A stretch of DNA of 64,000 nt from Cyanophora paradoxa CCMP329 (taxonomy: Eukaryota > Plantae > Glaucophyta). Where the stretch lies: assembly GCA_004431415.1 (NCBI GenBank), contig QPMI01000068.1:124001-188000 (forward strand), given 5' to 3'. The translations under genes and the position numbers were made by a program. The first letter of the stretch is position 1. The number at the start of each line of letters is the position of its first letter. The notes below the pieces were generated by a model that did no database searches, had not been told where the DNA came from, and saw only the letters and a program-made list of their open reading frames with translations. Positions 9,925 to 21,689 of this stretch are shown here, piece after piece.

Positions 9925-12900
9925 TCAGACACCAAATGGGATACTGTGAATGCCGTCGTTTGATATCTTCCTTTTGCTATCGATTTGGTTTAGCGCCACC
10001 CTTCTACTCTCCAAATCATATAGGCTGTGGTCTTGCCGTTGCTTGTTTCTTACTGTTACTGTTTTGGTGATGCCTTCGAATAGACATTTCTTAAAATCGT
10101 CAAAATGGACTTCCTTCGATGCTGTGCCGGACATTTTTATTTTTTCATAGGTTTCAGTTCTGAAAGCGTAAAGTTTCGATCTCAAACCCACATATTCTAA
10201 GATCTTTGCATTTGGGAATTCGTTTTTATACTTCCCCGGAGTCAATCGATTCGACAAACTATATAATGGATGATCACGATTATAATTACTCCTATCGAGG
10301 TGTTCACCTATGGCTTTCATGTCCGCATTTAGATTATCAGTTTTCAGTAATAGACAGAACGAATCGGTATCGTGGAATAGTAGCTTAGCCGTTTCCCACT
10401 TTTTCTTTACCACCTCATAGAAGAATTGATAATTATGTAACTTAGCGAAATCCAAAACGAAAGCACCAATAGCTACGGGTTTATCTAAGTTTACATGTTT
10501 CGAATACATTTCAAACGCTACGGCGTTTTCGTTTAATACATTGGTTGCTTTGATTAGTGGACTTGCGGCATATTTCTTACATAGTTTCTCACTATTGGCG
10601 ATCTTAACAGAAGAACGACCCCTACAAGATTCTAAGCATTTTCCATATATCGCATTGTTCATGAGTTTAAAAAAGTCGCTTTCGAATCTATTCCCTGACT
10701 CGTGTCGTAGTCTTGTATTCAGAGCTATGTAAGATTTCATGAAAGGAGAAGTAGCGAATGAGATCACCTTATGAATCGCTTTTATGACTACACCCTTTTT
10801 AACGAGATAGATAAGTAGAGGTTGTGAGATCACATAGTTAGTCTTTGGTGTAAATGTTGCTGTAAGTCGTGGATCTTTGGTTAATTTTTCACCTGTCATA
10901 TATAATAGGTTTTGTTGGTATTCACCTAACATATCTGTCGTAATCACTCCTTTATTCACAATAAGTGGGAAATCATAATGATCTTTGAGGGAAATAGGAT
11001 ATTCTAAATCGACCTCAATAAATGCGTTTCGTCCTTCTACTTCTTTCAGTGCCTCTGTGGTTTCTTCCCATCGATAATCACCAATAGGTAAAGGTTGGCT
11101 GAGTGCATAACCATATAGATTATTTGCGTCCAATAAAACTATATGATCATCGGGATTTTCTACCTTTGCGTATCGTGTGGGCATAGTGGCGAATCCACCC
11201 CTAATGGCTCTTTCAATAAATTCGTATTTGTCGACATCATCGATAAGTGCAATCTTTGCCTTTGTATGTTTTAACATAGCATCCCAGGATAGACCAGGAG
11301 CGCTAACATAATGACATGGATCTAATCCATATTGAGAGAACGCCAATTTACGGAATTCTTCGAATTTAAACATAAGATCGTCGACATTTGCACTTTGGAA
11401 ATCCATAAAATGCGATGCATCGATGCCCCATTGTAGCGATAGATACTGATCGAAATTTTTACTTAGAATCTCCACACGTAGCGTATCGTCTTGTTGGGCT
11501 ATCTTTCGGAATATCCCATGTCCGCATTCGTCCATTTGATCTACCACAATAGCTACCTTTGTTTGTTTAGAGATTCGCCTATGGAGGTTACAGTTTCGGC
11601 ATGCTTTCCCGATATAATCGCCCGTTTGGTGACAGTGATCGCGAACCGAAAAGTTTTCAGCTGTGAATCTTTGCAAGCAAATGTAACAATGCTTTGTGGT
11701 TCTATATTCCGCCTTCTGATCTTCTGTGAGGGGATGCATGGGAATATTTCTAAATAGGGTTTGCACTACATGAGGTCTAATTTCTATGAGTTTTGCGAAC
11801 AGCGAACCCAAAGGATCGGCTCCCTCAAAATGAAAAGCTACTACCTCTTCTCCTATTACCACTCTCAGTGACACAGCTTTAATTTCGCGTTTGGTTTTGT
11901 TTGCACTCACAGATACCGAATGATCTTCTATTTTCACGTAACAGATCACAGGAAGCCATACAGTCTTTCTTAGGTGTTTTAATCCGAATTCCATGTAAGT
12001 ATCGGGTTTTGGACATTTTCCTTTACTTTCCCTCCAATCGATGCACCGATTAGCTTCTATGTGTAGGTCTAATTTCGCCTGAGATCGGAAACGTGATAGA
12101 CAGGTTTCACAGTAATAAATGCGTCCATCACATGCTTTATCAAACGTGGTTTTAAGGAGGCGACTTAGAGACACAATAGCTACATAATGTCCTCTATTCT
12201 CCTCCGTATTTTCGATGAGTAAAAGGTTAATCTTATTCTTTCTACGTGGATTGCTCGACATATGTAACGGATAGAATGACTCCTTTTCGTTATCGGCACC
12301 GTAGATATTAACCGATAAGTCCGGGTTCTGTTCTTCGAATCGATCGATAACATCAGCATCGCATGCTACCGGAAATTCGATATTATTAAAGTTCAGTTCA
12401 TTAAGCCATCGGCGTTATTGAATGGGATCATAGCTTTTATGGCGGTTAATGTCCTTTCGATGTAGACGAGCCAAAATAGCATATTTAAAACAATCTTGTC
12501 CGTCGATATTCTTAACGTTAACGGTAGCTTTCTTTCTTGCGATCCATTCGGGAGTAGCGAAATAGCAACCACCCACCGGTGCGTAAGACATGATAACTAC
12601 CCTAAGGATCTCTAAGCGATCCAAACGATAACTATCTACTTGTTTCATTTGCTCTTGCATTTCTTGTAGAGCTTTACGCAATTCCGTATTTATATTACGG
12701 GATCGTGTGATAACAAAGTAGTCACTGTAAATGTATTTAGTAATAAAAATGCGTTCATTACTTACTTTTACGAACCGACAAACGAATGTAAGACGGACTT
12801 TAACGGCTCTTAATTGTTCTAACTTCGTTCTAATTCGCTGTGGAAGGTTAGTAGCGATGCGTTCCAAATAATCGATAGTATCGACAACTATTTGATTTCT

Positions 12901-13194
12901 TGCGCGGTAAGAATGCCACGAGTAAGCCTGATTCATTGCCTCTCCATCTTCTACTTCGGGTTCAATCGCTCCTAAGCGTTGTCCTTCGTCCATAAAGTCT
13001 TCCATTCGTTGCATACGATCGTAGAGATCATTGGCGATATCGGTGAGTTGTTGTAGTCGCGGCTTCCGATCTAAAATGGCGGCTTCTCTATCAAATTCCG
13101 CTTCGGTGATTTCACCGGTGGTTAAAAGGGTTCCCAACAGTCCGATAATCTCATTTTTCTTTTCTTTAATAAGTCTATTAGTTTGGCGGGGCAT
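9925..13194 (-). pseudogene. polB: Protein-primed family B DNA polymerase (Maverick/PLV type, ~1089 codons) with one in-frame TAA at 12415-12417
   Basis: ORFs 12415-13194 and 9925-12261 are in the same frame and the gap translates as RRWLNELNFNNIEFPV...DRFEEQN. Endonuclease-VII-like Zn motif (HCYIC...RDHCHQTG...CRNCN); polymerase motifs DANNLYG, KLMNNAIYGK, HDTDS and LRSKLYA. Confidence 0.92.
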
Positions 13195-13212
13195 CTTTGC
13201 TTTATAGGAACA

Positions 13213-13476
13213 TTATTTTTTCGGAAATGAAACGCGTTCAGGATCATAAACAGTAACTCCACGAATCCGCACTTTAACGCCCTCAGGAAGTATAAGGTTA
13301 AGTTGGACGTTATTCGCTTTGATAACATGAGTGCGGCGTTTCTTTGTTTCCAATAACGGATTATAACCGAATATCCTTTTCAAATATTCCGCTGTTGCTT
13401 CCATGGTAATTTCTTGTTTTATGTTTTGGTCTAATTCTTCATCGGTCATTTCGAAAGCAAACTTACGGGTAGCCAT
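13213..13476 (-). CDS. Small hypothetical viral protein
   Basis: MATRKFAFEMTDEEL...; sits directly upstream of polB on the same strand. Confidence 0.55.
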   Translation of the reverse strand: MATRKFAFEMTDEELDQNIKQEITMEATAEYLKRIFGYNPLLETKKRRTHVIKANNVQLNLILPEGVKVRIRGVTVYDPERVSFPKK

Positions 13477-13601
13477 TGATAACTTCGTATAGTCAAACAA
13501 AGAAATGCTTAAATATCTTGATCAATTTTTACAGATTATAGTAATAAAACACTACAAATAATATTAATAAGGATATTCACACTGAGATTTTATGTTTATA
13601 A

Positions 13602-13758
13602 AGGGGTCTTACTGAGAATGGTATGTGTAACAGGTGTAACGGGTTCATCCCAAACTTTCCCCTAGGAGGAGGTCGGCGGCTTGGAACTTTGGGGAGAACC
13701 TGTTACACCTGTTACACCTGTTACACGAGACTGAAAACCAAAAACTCCACCTGTTACA
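13602..13758. promoter_or_regulatory. Iteron hairpin, candidate replication origin (copy L)
   Basis: GTGTAACAG-type 9-mers x2 facing CTGTTACAC x3; arms 13625-13660 and 13683-13717 form an imperfect stem with a 22-nt loop; immediately downstream of the primase-helicase gene. Confidence 0.7.
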
Positions 13759-13829
13759 TTGTTAATTCTTACCATACACAGTAAGGTTATAAAAAATAGT
13801 AAGAAAGTAATCATTCAATTCATTTATAT

Positions 13830-16169
13830 TTACGCTTCTACATCATCATCCACAAATTCGTTATGGTGAATTATGGCTTTGATTCCATAATATCCACGAA
13901 TAACCGCGCCCCTTTCCCTCTTAGACTCAGACTTAACATTAAATACCTCACGCATCCGCTTACCGATGCTTGTCGGTTCCGCCTTATCATCCACTTGTCT
14001 ATATTTCTTCATGATAGAATCACTTGAAACAAAGTCGTCGCGGTTTCCTGTTCTTTCATAGGTATTTCTGATCCATTCACCGATCTTATCATTTTCAGCG
14101 AAATATTCCGATCCGTAATCGATAATAGATTGGGGCGGATTTTGCATAAGATGTGCGAGGTCTTGCGTTCTAAACATGTCCAAGAATATAGACATTTGAG
14201 CCATTTTATACTCGTCGTCATTGAGAAGATGCATTAAGGTAATATCGGCTTTCTTTTCACCTTCCTTAGGATTCGGCTTAAACACACTCTTGAATGTGCA
14301 ATAGATGAGCCGACGTAATATAGCTTCGTCAGCTTTGCTGAGAGAAAGGTTATCATTGGTGGACAGGAAGATTTGACACATCGGAATAAAGGCGACAGGA
14401 TCCTTAAAGAGAGCGCGAACCTTCATTTCGTTTCCACCTGTGATTTCCTTAATCTTACTGATTTGCAACTTATCGCCATCTTCCGCTTCGTTACTGAATA
14501 CAATTCGCTTCCCAAGAATTGCGGCAAGATCGGGCGTAGCATCTGATGAATTCTTTTTAGGCTTTGTCCAATAGCTCATGCTGATCGAGCCGTAGTAATC
14601 GCCGAATGTTTTCTTAGCCATTTCTTGCAGTAGCGACTTACCATTAGCACCTTTTCCTGACCAGAAATTGAATTTTTGGATATCAGTCCGACCTGTGAGA
14701 GCGAAAGCAAGCGCTCCGATAATATAGTTAAGCTCATCGGGATCTTCGATAATATCAGCGTAGATGGACTGAATCTTAGCGATTTTCTGACGGTCGGCAG
14801 CCATGAATTCATAGCCTACGGTCTTGCTAACCATATCATCGGGTTTTCCCTTACGGAAGGTCATAGTGTTAAGATCGAAAACACCATTCGTGAAACCGAT
14901 AATGTTAGGCACTGTATCCAATCTTTCGAAAAAGGTCGGATAACTAAACATAACGGTTAAGTCTGTCATAAGGGAAGTGCGGTAAGCAGTCTGTTTAAGA
15001 TTCTTTGCAATATTGAGAGCCAGTTTAGACTTTTCATCTAAGGATTCGCGGTTTTCTTCGTCTCTCATGGCTTTAAATCCAAGCTCATAGGAACGGTTCA
15101 TGAATGCCGCGCAAACCTTGCAGCTCATAGCGAGATAAATTCGCTTTGAGGTTTCGTCAGTCTCCCAAATACCGTAGTTAGTGTCAAATTCGAACCATGT
15201 CTTATTTGAGTAGCGATAATCATCTTTCAGGACTTCATAAGCTACTTTTGCGACATCGTAATGAGCGCCATTAGATCCAATCGCCAGATCAATAAGAGCG
15301 GAAAGCTTAACATATTGTTCTGTTTTGGTTACGATGTTAATAAATAGTTTTTTGCATCGGGAACTGTAATTAGAAACCACGAATTTGTCCTTATCGTTTC
15401 CCTGTGCTTTCATCACATACCAATTGTTCTTATCATGTGAATTATTGCAACAGGGGCATATTCCGCCTTTGTTCTGAGCAGTAAAGTTATAGCCATTTTC
15501 GGTTTGACTGATGATAGAAGGGAAATCAAAGCCAATCTCAATAAGTTTCTCATTGAGAGTGGTTAAGAATTCATTGCCTGTAATCTTTGCTTTGTCGATG
15601 TTAATAACAACATTGTGTTTATAGTTTTCGATCATCCAATTTTGGAAAGCCTCCGATGGCTCGATAAGCTCACATCCCGTAGCCCATGGCTCACGAATCC
15701 ATGTTTTACCGGGAGAGGGGCAAACATTGATAACACCAGCGGTTCCGGTAGAGCAAATCGTTTTAAAATCGATCTTCTCGTAGCCTTTGAAAGCTCCGGT
15801 TTTGTCGAATAGTTTCAGCTCATCGAACTTAGGAGGGCGTGCAAAGAACACATGGTAACCCTTCTTAGTCTTTTCAATTGGAATAGCAGCGGTGAAATCA
15901 TCAGGAAAGAGTTCTTTGAACTTGTTAAAGTCTTCTTCCTGATCGAAATCGACACAGAGGATGTTTTTAGCGAGGATACCCCACGCTACATACTTGTTTG
16001 ACTTAACCGCTTCTTCGTATCTCTTCCAATTCCATTTATCGTCCTTATGACCGAAAGCGGGAAGCTTTTCGACAGGATCGACGGGAATGAGAAGGTTTTT
16101 CGCCAGCTCATCGTTAGAGCGGAGCCAATTAGTGAGTTTCGTAAGCAGGGTTTTACTTTTGCTGTCCAT
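13830..16169 (-). CDS. PrimPol (AEP) - Zn finger - D5/SF3 helicase fusion (P4 alpha / D5-like primase-helicase)
   Basis: AEP motifs LCVDFD and TKKGYHVFF; CPCC...H...C; D5_N-like IGFTNGVFDL...GKPDDMVSKT; Walker A GKGANGKS; KRIVFSNE, KEITGG and RRL. Confidence 0.93.
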   Translation of the reverse strand: MDSKSKTLLTKLTNWLRSNDELAKNLLIPVDPVEKLPAFGHKDDKWNWKRYEEAVKSNKYVAWGILAKNILCVDFDQEEDFNKFKELFPDDFTAAIPIEKTKKGYHVFFARPPKFDELKLFDKTGAFKGYEKIDFKTICSTGTAGVINVCPSPGKTWIREPWATGCELIEPSEAFQNWMIENYKHNVVINIDKAKITGNEFLTTLNEKLIEIGFDFPSIISQTENGYNFTAQNKGGICPCCNNSHDKNNWYVMKAQGNDKDKFVVSNYSSRCKKLFINIVTKTEQYVKLSALIDLAIGSNGAHYDVAKVAYEVLKDDYRYSNKTWFEFDTNYGIWETDETSKRIYLAMSCKVCAAFMNRSYELGFKAMRDEENRESLDEKSKLALNIAKNLKQTAYRTSLMTDLTVMFSYPTFFERLDTVPNIIGFTNGVFDLNTMTFRKGKPDDMVSKTVGYEFMAADRQKIAKIQSIYADIIEDPDELNYIIGALAFALTGRTDIQKFNFWSGKGANGKSLLQEMAKKTFGDYYGSISMSYWTKPKKNSSDATPDLAAILGKRIVFSNEAEDGDKLQISKIKEITGGNEMKVRALFKDPVAFIPMCQIFLSTNDNLSLSKADEAILRRLIYCTFKSVFKPNPKEGEKKADITLMHLLNDDEYKMAQMSIFLDMFRTQDLAHLMQNPPQSIIDYGSEYFAENDKIGEWIRNTYERTGNRDDFVSSDSIMKKYRQVDDKAEPTSIGKRMREVFNVKSESKRERGAVIRGYYGIKAIIHHNEFVDDDVEA

Positions 16170-16358
16170 CGTTGCGCGTTCTACTTTAACGAAAGATAAA
16201 AATTTTTCTTGTTGATCATTTTTTGGCGCCTTGTCTTTAAATGCCCTACACTTTTTTTCTCGATGCTAAAAATCCGGATATTGTAACGCGATTACCGATT
16301 ATCGTCGGTAAGCCGCTCGAAAAATAAGTAATGATGTTTCAGCGGCAATAGCGGCATT

Positions 16359-16709
16359 TCAGTATTTGGGGGGACGTCCACGCTTTGCACTATGGATACC
16401 TTCCAATTCTTTGCGACGGTAATAGTTCTCCAAAGCTTGCTTTTTTTTGAATTCGCGGTATTCGGGGTCTTCCTCATACCTCTTTCGCATTTTCAGCACT
16501 TCACGGATCCGATAATTTAACCCATCCGCACTCTTAGGATTAAGTTTAACCTTTGGTGGTGAGTTAACAATTTCATCGCTGTCACTTTCAAATTCGAATT
16601 CAATAACGCTAACATCATCGGCGATAGCAGCCATTCTTACTTTCAGCACAGAAAATATTTTATCAGTTTGTAATATCGCTGTTTCTTTAAATACTTTTAG
16701 GGTTGTCAT
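16359..16709 (-). CDS. Small basic protein with C-terminal AT-hook, probable DNA-binding protein
   Basis: Ends KRGRPPKY; also KRYEEDPEYREFKKKQALENYYRRK. Start may be at 16709 or 16634. Confidence 0.6.
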   Translation of the reverse strand: MTTLKVFKETAILQTDKIFSVLKVRMAAIADDVSVIEFEFESDSDEIVNSPPKVKLNPKSADGLNYRIREVLKMRKRYEEDPEYREFKKKQALENYYRRKELEGIHSAKRGRPPKY

Positions 16710-16836
16710 TTTTTGGCGACCGGACAAGCTCTTGTCTACGTTTTTCTATCGCAGATGCAACGGCGTAAATCTGACGTTTCGCTAAAATAATATTATAGAC
16801 TTCTTCGAGCATTTTCCGATACTTATTACAAATATT

Positions 16837-17085
16837 TTAATTACCGCGATGTTCAAACGCTTGTCTTCGTAAATCATCACTTTGATCGACAGAAAACCGG
16901 CGACCATTTGTAGCGGGTTCTGAATGTGTGGAATCTACCGAATGTCTCCGGGACTCTCTACCTTCCGTTACATTATCTTCGGTATCTGAAAAACCAAGTT
17001 CTACGGTTGTATCACAGCATCCGCTGTGACAATTGCTTACAATGTGCAGGTTAAACATCTCTATGATCTTTTGGAGAAAGTCCAT
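16837..17085 (-). CDS. 82-aa hypothetical protein, copy 1 (copy 2 at 21829-22076 with a 1-bp deletion; copy 3 at 29316-29564)
   Basis: MDFLQKIIEMFNLHIVSNCHSGCC...; identical ORF in copies 1 and 3. Confidence 0.6.
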   Translation of the reverse strand: MDFLQKIIEMFNLHIVSNCHSGCCDTTVELGFSDTEDNVTEGRESRRHSVDSTHSEPATNGRRFSVDQSDDLRRQAFEHRGN

Positions 17086-17112
17086 CGAGAATCCTTTATT
17101 AATCAGATATAT

Positions 17113-17843
17113 TTAAAGCCAAACTCTCCGCTTGTATACTGTTGGTGCTACGGCTTTCTCTACTTCCGCTTTGGTAGCGCCAGGCTCTATGGTTCCCTTC
17201 TTTTGGTATTCATTTCATCCACCGCTTGCTCATCTATTTGTGTCTCTTTCTTCCGAATAAATTGAGTATCAGGAAGTCCCGTAATACCCATTCGGAAAAC
17301 CTCTTTACGTAACATCTCCTTCATTTTAGCGCGTTCTTTCTTCTCCATTACATACTGTTCCAGCGCACTCGACTTAGCTTCGAGATCACGTAGTTTAGCG
17401 GTCATTGTGTCCCATTCAGCCTTTGGCATTCGGTGGACGTTTTGAGTCGGAGCGACTTTATAAGTTACTTCTCCCGCCATCGATTGTATAACCTTGTCTG
17501 ATTCTTTCGAAACACCTTGACCTTTGCAGGCAAGTGCAAGATCTTGTAGACCAAGACCGCGATCATCGGCGGCACCGATAATACGACGCGCACCCTCACC
17601 GACCGCCTTCATCTTCGATGCATCCGGTGATACATTGAGTGTTTCACTTGTCGATGCTTGCGGTGCTTTGTCCGCCGGCGATTCTTCATAAGCAGCATTT
17701 AAAGGATCTTCTTCGGGTTGCGATGGTTTCACTTGATTAACTCCGTCAAATTTCATAGGTGTAGTATTAAGTGATCCGTAACTTTCACCACCGGAATATG
17801 AAATAGCCCCAGCGGGGACACCTACTTTACGTTTTGGCGGCAT
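17113..17843 (-). CDS. 243-aa hypothetical protein, copy 1 (1-bp homopolymer deletion near the 3' end)
   Basis: Matches the intact copy at 29592-30323. Confidence 0.7.
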
Positions 17844-17871
17844 TGTATCTTTAACTATATGGAAGATATTT

Positions 17872-18653
17872 TTAAAGTCCTCTCTTATATCGCATCAATT
17901 TATTCGAATGAACAGCGCTTTTAATCTCTTTTGGCGCTTCCTCCTTCTCGGGCGGTTTTAATTCGTCTTCTTTCTTTTTAGGTTTGCGATGGAACCGTGG
18001 GAATCCAAAGTTTTTAACGAGATCCGCTTTATCTACATAATACTTTACCGAATAATCAGCGGATGACCAAATGAGAAACTGATATGAATGAACGTATTCC
18101 TCAAACATCTTATAAAAAGCGTCTTTATCACGCATTATATTGTATTCTTCCTCAATTGCTTCAAGTTCTTTTCGATTAGCGGCGCTAAGAAACATTGCAT
18201 AATCCGAATTAACGCGAATAGTGGAAGAAACCTTACGCAGTTTCTGAGTTATGCAGATGCAGGACACCATACTATGGCGTCCACGCGAATATACAGAGCC
18301 AATTATTTTATCACGGGTTAGGTCTACTAACTCATTATCTATCAAATCATCCAGGATAATACACAATTGGTTAACGGGTTCCCCTTTCTCTATTTTCTCT
18401 TGTCTTTCATCGAGAAGTTTAGCGATGTAAGGCGCATCCCATTTACCGAGCTGTAATGTAGCGACATTATCCCAGAAATGATTAAAGCTAGTTCCACTTA
18501 TAACTAAACTACATCTAACTTTTTAGCATCGTGTAACTGTTTTAACCAATACTTTACCGCTTCCGACTTACCAGTAGCCGATTTTCCGATTGCAAGGACG
18601 CGAAAAGGTGGTTTTATCATTTCAGCGGCATTAAACTCTTCTAAATCCGCCAT
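17872..18653 (-). CDS. A32-like DNA packaging ATPase, copy 1 (1-bp homopolymer deletion at ~18507)
   Basis: Matches intact copies 2 and 3. Confidence 0.85.
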
Positions 18654-18735
18654 GGTGTTGTAGATCTTCTTAATAAAGATAGATAAAAATAACGAAATAT
18701 GACTAAATAATGGTAACAAACACATACACTGTTTA

Positions 18736-20131
18736 TTAGAGATTGACTCGCCTTAATCCGTCGCGGTCCGCTATGAGCATCGTGTGCATGAGAGCGCGCA
18801 CGTTAACAGTAAGGCGCATGTTTTGTGGACGTAGAGGGTTAGGAAACTTGATGAGGAGTTAGTTAGATCGACATAACCACTTTGGGCGATGTTACGAATC
18901 GCCTTCTCTCCGTCCAGACAGAAAGGCAGACCGGACAGGACATAGCGGTTAGCTTCCTTGTCCATGTTAGAACACTTGAATGCATCGGCGATGAGTTCCG
19001 CACCTTTGAGGAGTGGGATAGGCTCCGTGGAATAAAGACGCTGTCCGTTAATCTCCACCGTGTATGTGATATCCTTCGAGTCCGCATATGTTTTAAGGAC
19101 ACTGTGGGAGCCGCTGTTATCCTGACCAGTTTTAAGGTAATCACGAACCGAGAATAGAAGAGCGAAAGCAAGCCCCGACATTTGGCTAATGTTAATACGG
19201 TTAGGTTGGTTATTGCCGTTGGCGGCAACATCGAAAGCATCGACGTAGCCGATGTCGATAGCCGGAATCGCAATACCAGTAGTCTTAACCTTTTCAATGA
19301 CCGTAGCAAACAGCTCATCGGAAACATTGACGGCATGCATGTAAAGGCGTGGGTTGGTGATCATAATAGTATCCACAGGTGCAGATGATGGAATGGACAG
19401 ACCGGTAATGGTTCCAGTTGTGATGTTTTGACCAACATTGGCAAGAGTTACACCGGTGGCGCTTCCGAGACCATCATTAGCGGTTTGATCGGCAGCAGCT
19501 CCGACAACCGGAAGAGCGCGACCACCATAAGAAGTCTCAATGAATCCACCCTTAGCGGGGTCACGGAACCATGCGGTAACTACCATTTCCCCTGAGAGCG
19601 CGCCAAGGGGTAGATAGCTATTTAACCACGGCACCGGGATTTCCACAAAGAATGATCCACCAAGTCGGTTAGTTCCGTGTTGTGGGATGCCGTGTAGGAA
19701 GCCAGCCGAACGTTTCTTTTTCGCTAGCTGATCCTCCGAATAGTAAACCAGAGGGAAGTGAGCGAGGAAATCAGAAGGCACAGTGAAAAGGTAAGAGCCA
19801 TACGAGATTTCGAGACGCTCTACGAGAGCGCCGACGGGGCGGACATAACCATTACGAACCAAATCGGTATCACCGATGAAACCCGCAATTTCGCTAAGAT
19901 CAAAAGCGAGTTCCAGCTTACCGATAAAGTTGTAACGTGGGAGTTTGAAACTTACTCGTTGCGCAGCGTTGTTAGGGAAGGTTGTCGATGGGCTAACAGT
20001 AACGAGAACGGGTTTAGTCTTCGATTCCAGACCAAGCATAAGCGAGTTATCGAGGAAGAACGCCTTCGCCTCTTCGGGGTGGTTAGCGCCTCTTTGAGGG
20101 AAAGACGTTGGAGGGTTGTTGTGACGTCCAT
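18736..20131 (-). CDS. Major capsid protein, copy 1 (two 1-bp homopolymer deletions)
   Basis: Matches the intact 465-aa copy at 31217-32614. Confidence 0.8.
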
Positions 20132-20182
20132 GTTTTCTCTTTTACAATAATAAAATATAAAAATTCTGTGAATGATCCTTAA

Positions 20183-21193
20183 TTATCCAAAATTGCAAAT
20201 CACCGGATAATTTGGGTGAGTTTCTCTCATTCTCATTTTGAAATACTCATAAATAGGATCACCGGCGGGTTCTTCACCATATCGGATCTCGAAAGTTAAA
20301 TGGACAGGTTGCCCCTCGAAATCAATTAATTCGTTTTGAGCATTCACAATTTCTACGGACATTTGAGAGATTGCGAATGGTTTCCCGTAATACTTGTATA
20401 ACGGGTTTGCTTCTGTTGAATTATAAACAACGTGTTCCGCAAAGTCTTTATCTTGCACCACGAGTTTATGGAAGTATCCAGATAGGAGACCATCGGCACA
20501 TTGAACGAGGTCACCCAGTTCTTTTACTCTTACGAATAATACATTATCTTTGCAACTCTCAGTAGGGAATGTCGAGATGATACCATGAACATTAGCACCT
20601 GTAAAGATAGGATCATATTCAGTTGAGTAAATGTTAGATTTGATAAATCGGTTACCGGCTCTTCCGGCATCGAGACCAAGCATACGACCGTGTCGGTTTG
20701 ATTTTTCAGCCATCGAACTAGAAGGATCCTTAGCAGTTGTGAATGCTATGTAAAATTCATGAGGAGCATAGAATATTACGTGTTTCTCTACGGTATCCCA
20801 TTTACACCTTATTTGAGGATCAGGTGTTAAACCAGCAAACCGAGTATTAATACGGTTTACTAATTCCTGATGCGTATTAATTACTAAGCTTCCGCTACTT
20901 TGACCGGGACGAATTGAGCGCCAAACATCAAAACCGGGAGCGGGAGCATTGGTAGAGTTGATCGCTGAATTAGCGATACTAAAATTAATAGTGAAAGAAT
21001 CAGTAACTGTGACATCTCCGGGGACACTTTCATCGCTGATAAGAGGAATGGAGTTATAGAATTCCGCCGAAACAAGTCGGACAGCTCTTACATTCTCATA
21101 CATCTTTGGTAATTCAGCGATAAACTTAGACGTCGGCGCATCGAGATTAGGAGCCTGTCTAAATGATGAAACTTCGACATATTCGACCGGCAT
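20183..21193 (-). CDS. Minor capsid (penton) protein 1, copy 1
   Basis: VEVSSFR...SKFIAELPKMYENVRAVRLVSAEFYNS and VEIVNAQNELIDFEGQPVHLTFEI, a single-jelly-roll penton signature. Confidence 0.8.
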   Translation of the reverse strand: MPVEYVEVSSFRQAPNLDAPTSKFIAELPKMYENVRAVRLVSAEFYNSIPLISDESVPGDVTVTDSFTINFSIANSAINSTNAPAPGFDVWRSIRPGQSSGSLVINTHQELVNRINTRFAGLTPDPQIRCKWDTVEKHVIFYAPHEFYIAFTTAKDPSSSMAEKSNRHGRMLGLDAGRAGNRFIKSNIYSTEYDPIFTGANVHGIISTFPTESCKDNVLFVRVKELGDLVQCADGLLSGYFHKLVVQDKDFAEHVVYNSTEANPLYKYYGKPFAISQMSVEIVNAQNELIDFEGQPVHLTFEIRYGEEPAGDPIYEYFKMRMRETHPNYPVICNFG

Positions 21194-21222
21194 GTTTCTT
21201 TAATCTATATTCATATAATAAA

Positions 21223-21689
21223 ATGATTCGTCTTATCAATGTCGATAGTAGAGATCGACAACAAGGACAAAAAGAAAACTCTTATAGGGTTGCACTCACA
21301 AGACCAATAACCAAACCACGGCAATGTCGCGTTTTGTATGCTGAGATTCCGAACAGTATATATAATTCAATAGGAACCGATTATATAACGATTCGTTATA
21401 ATATCGATGGTGTTTATATAAATCAGCAACTGTTTCCATTACCGAGTGGTTACATAAATCAAGGACACTTTGGCGTGACACAACCATATAATTATGGTTT
21501 GAACTTTGCGGTTACTGAGAATATATTATTTAAGATCTACTACAATCCGACGACATACAAATTAGAGTTTTATAGTAATTTCGCTTTTGAACTCATCGCC
21601 GGAAATAATAGGATAGCTAAGTTATTGGGTCTCAGTGCAACAACATTATTAGGTAGCGCAGGACAGATAATAGATAATAATAGGTCTTT
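21223..21689 (+). pseudogene. Penton 2, 5' half, truncated at junction J1
   Basis: Identical to 26215 onward up to ...IIDNNRS, then jumps to the sequence of 16694; the chimeric frame ends at 21864. Confidence 0.85.

Noticed and set aside
12415-12417. Alternative genetic code (TAA reassigned) to explain the stop in polB
   Set aside because: Most neighbouring viral genes end in TAA and no other gene has internal TAA codons.
18863-20150. Antisense and alternate-frame ORFs over the MCP (157, 91, 68 and 130 aa, repeated in each copy)
   Set aside because: Shadow ORFs with no motifs; they recur only because the DNA is duplicated.
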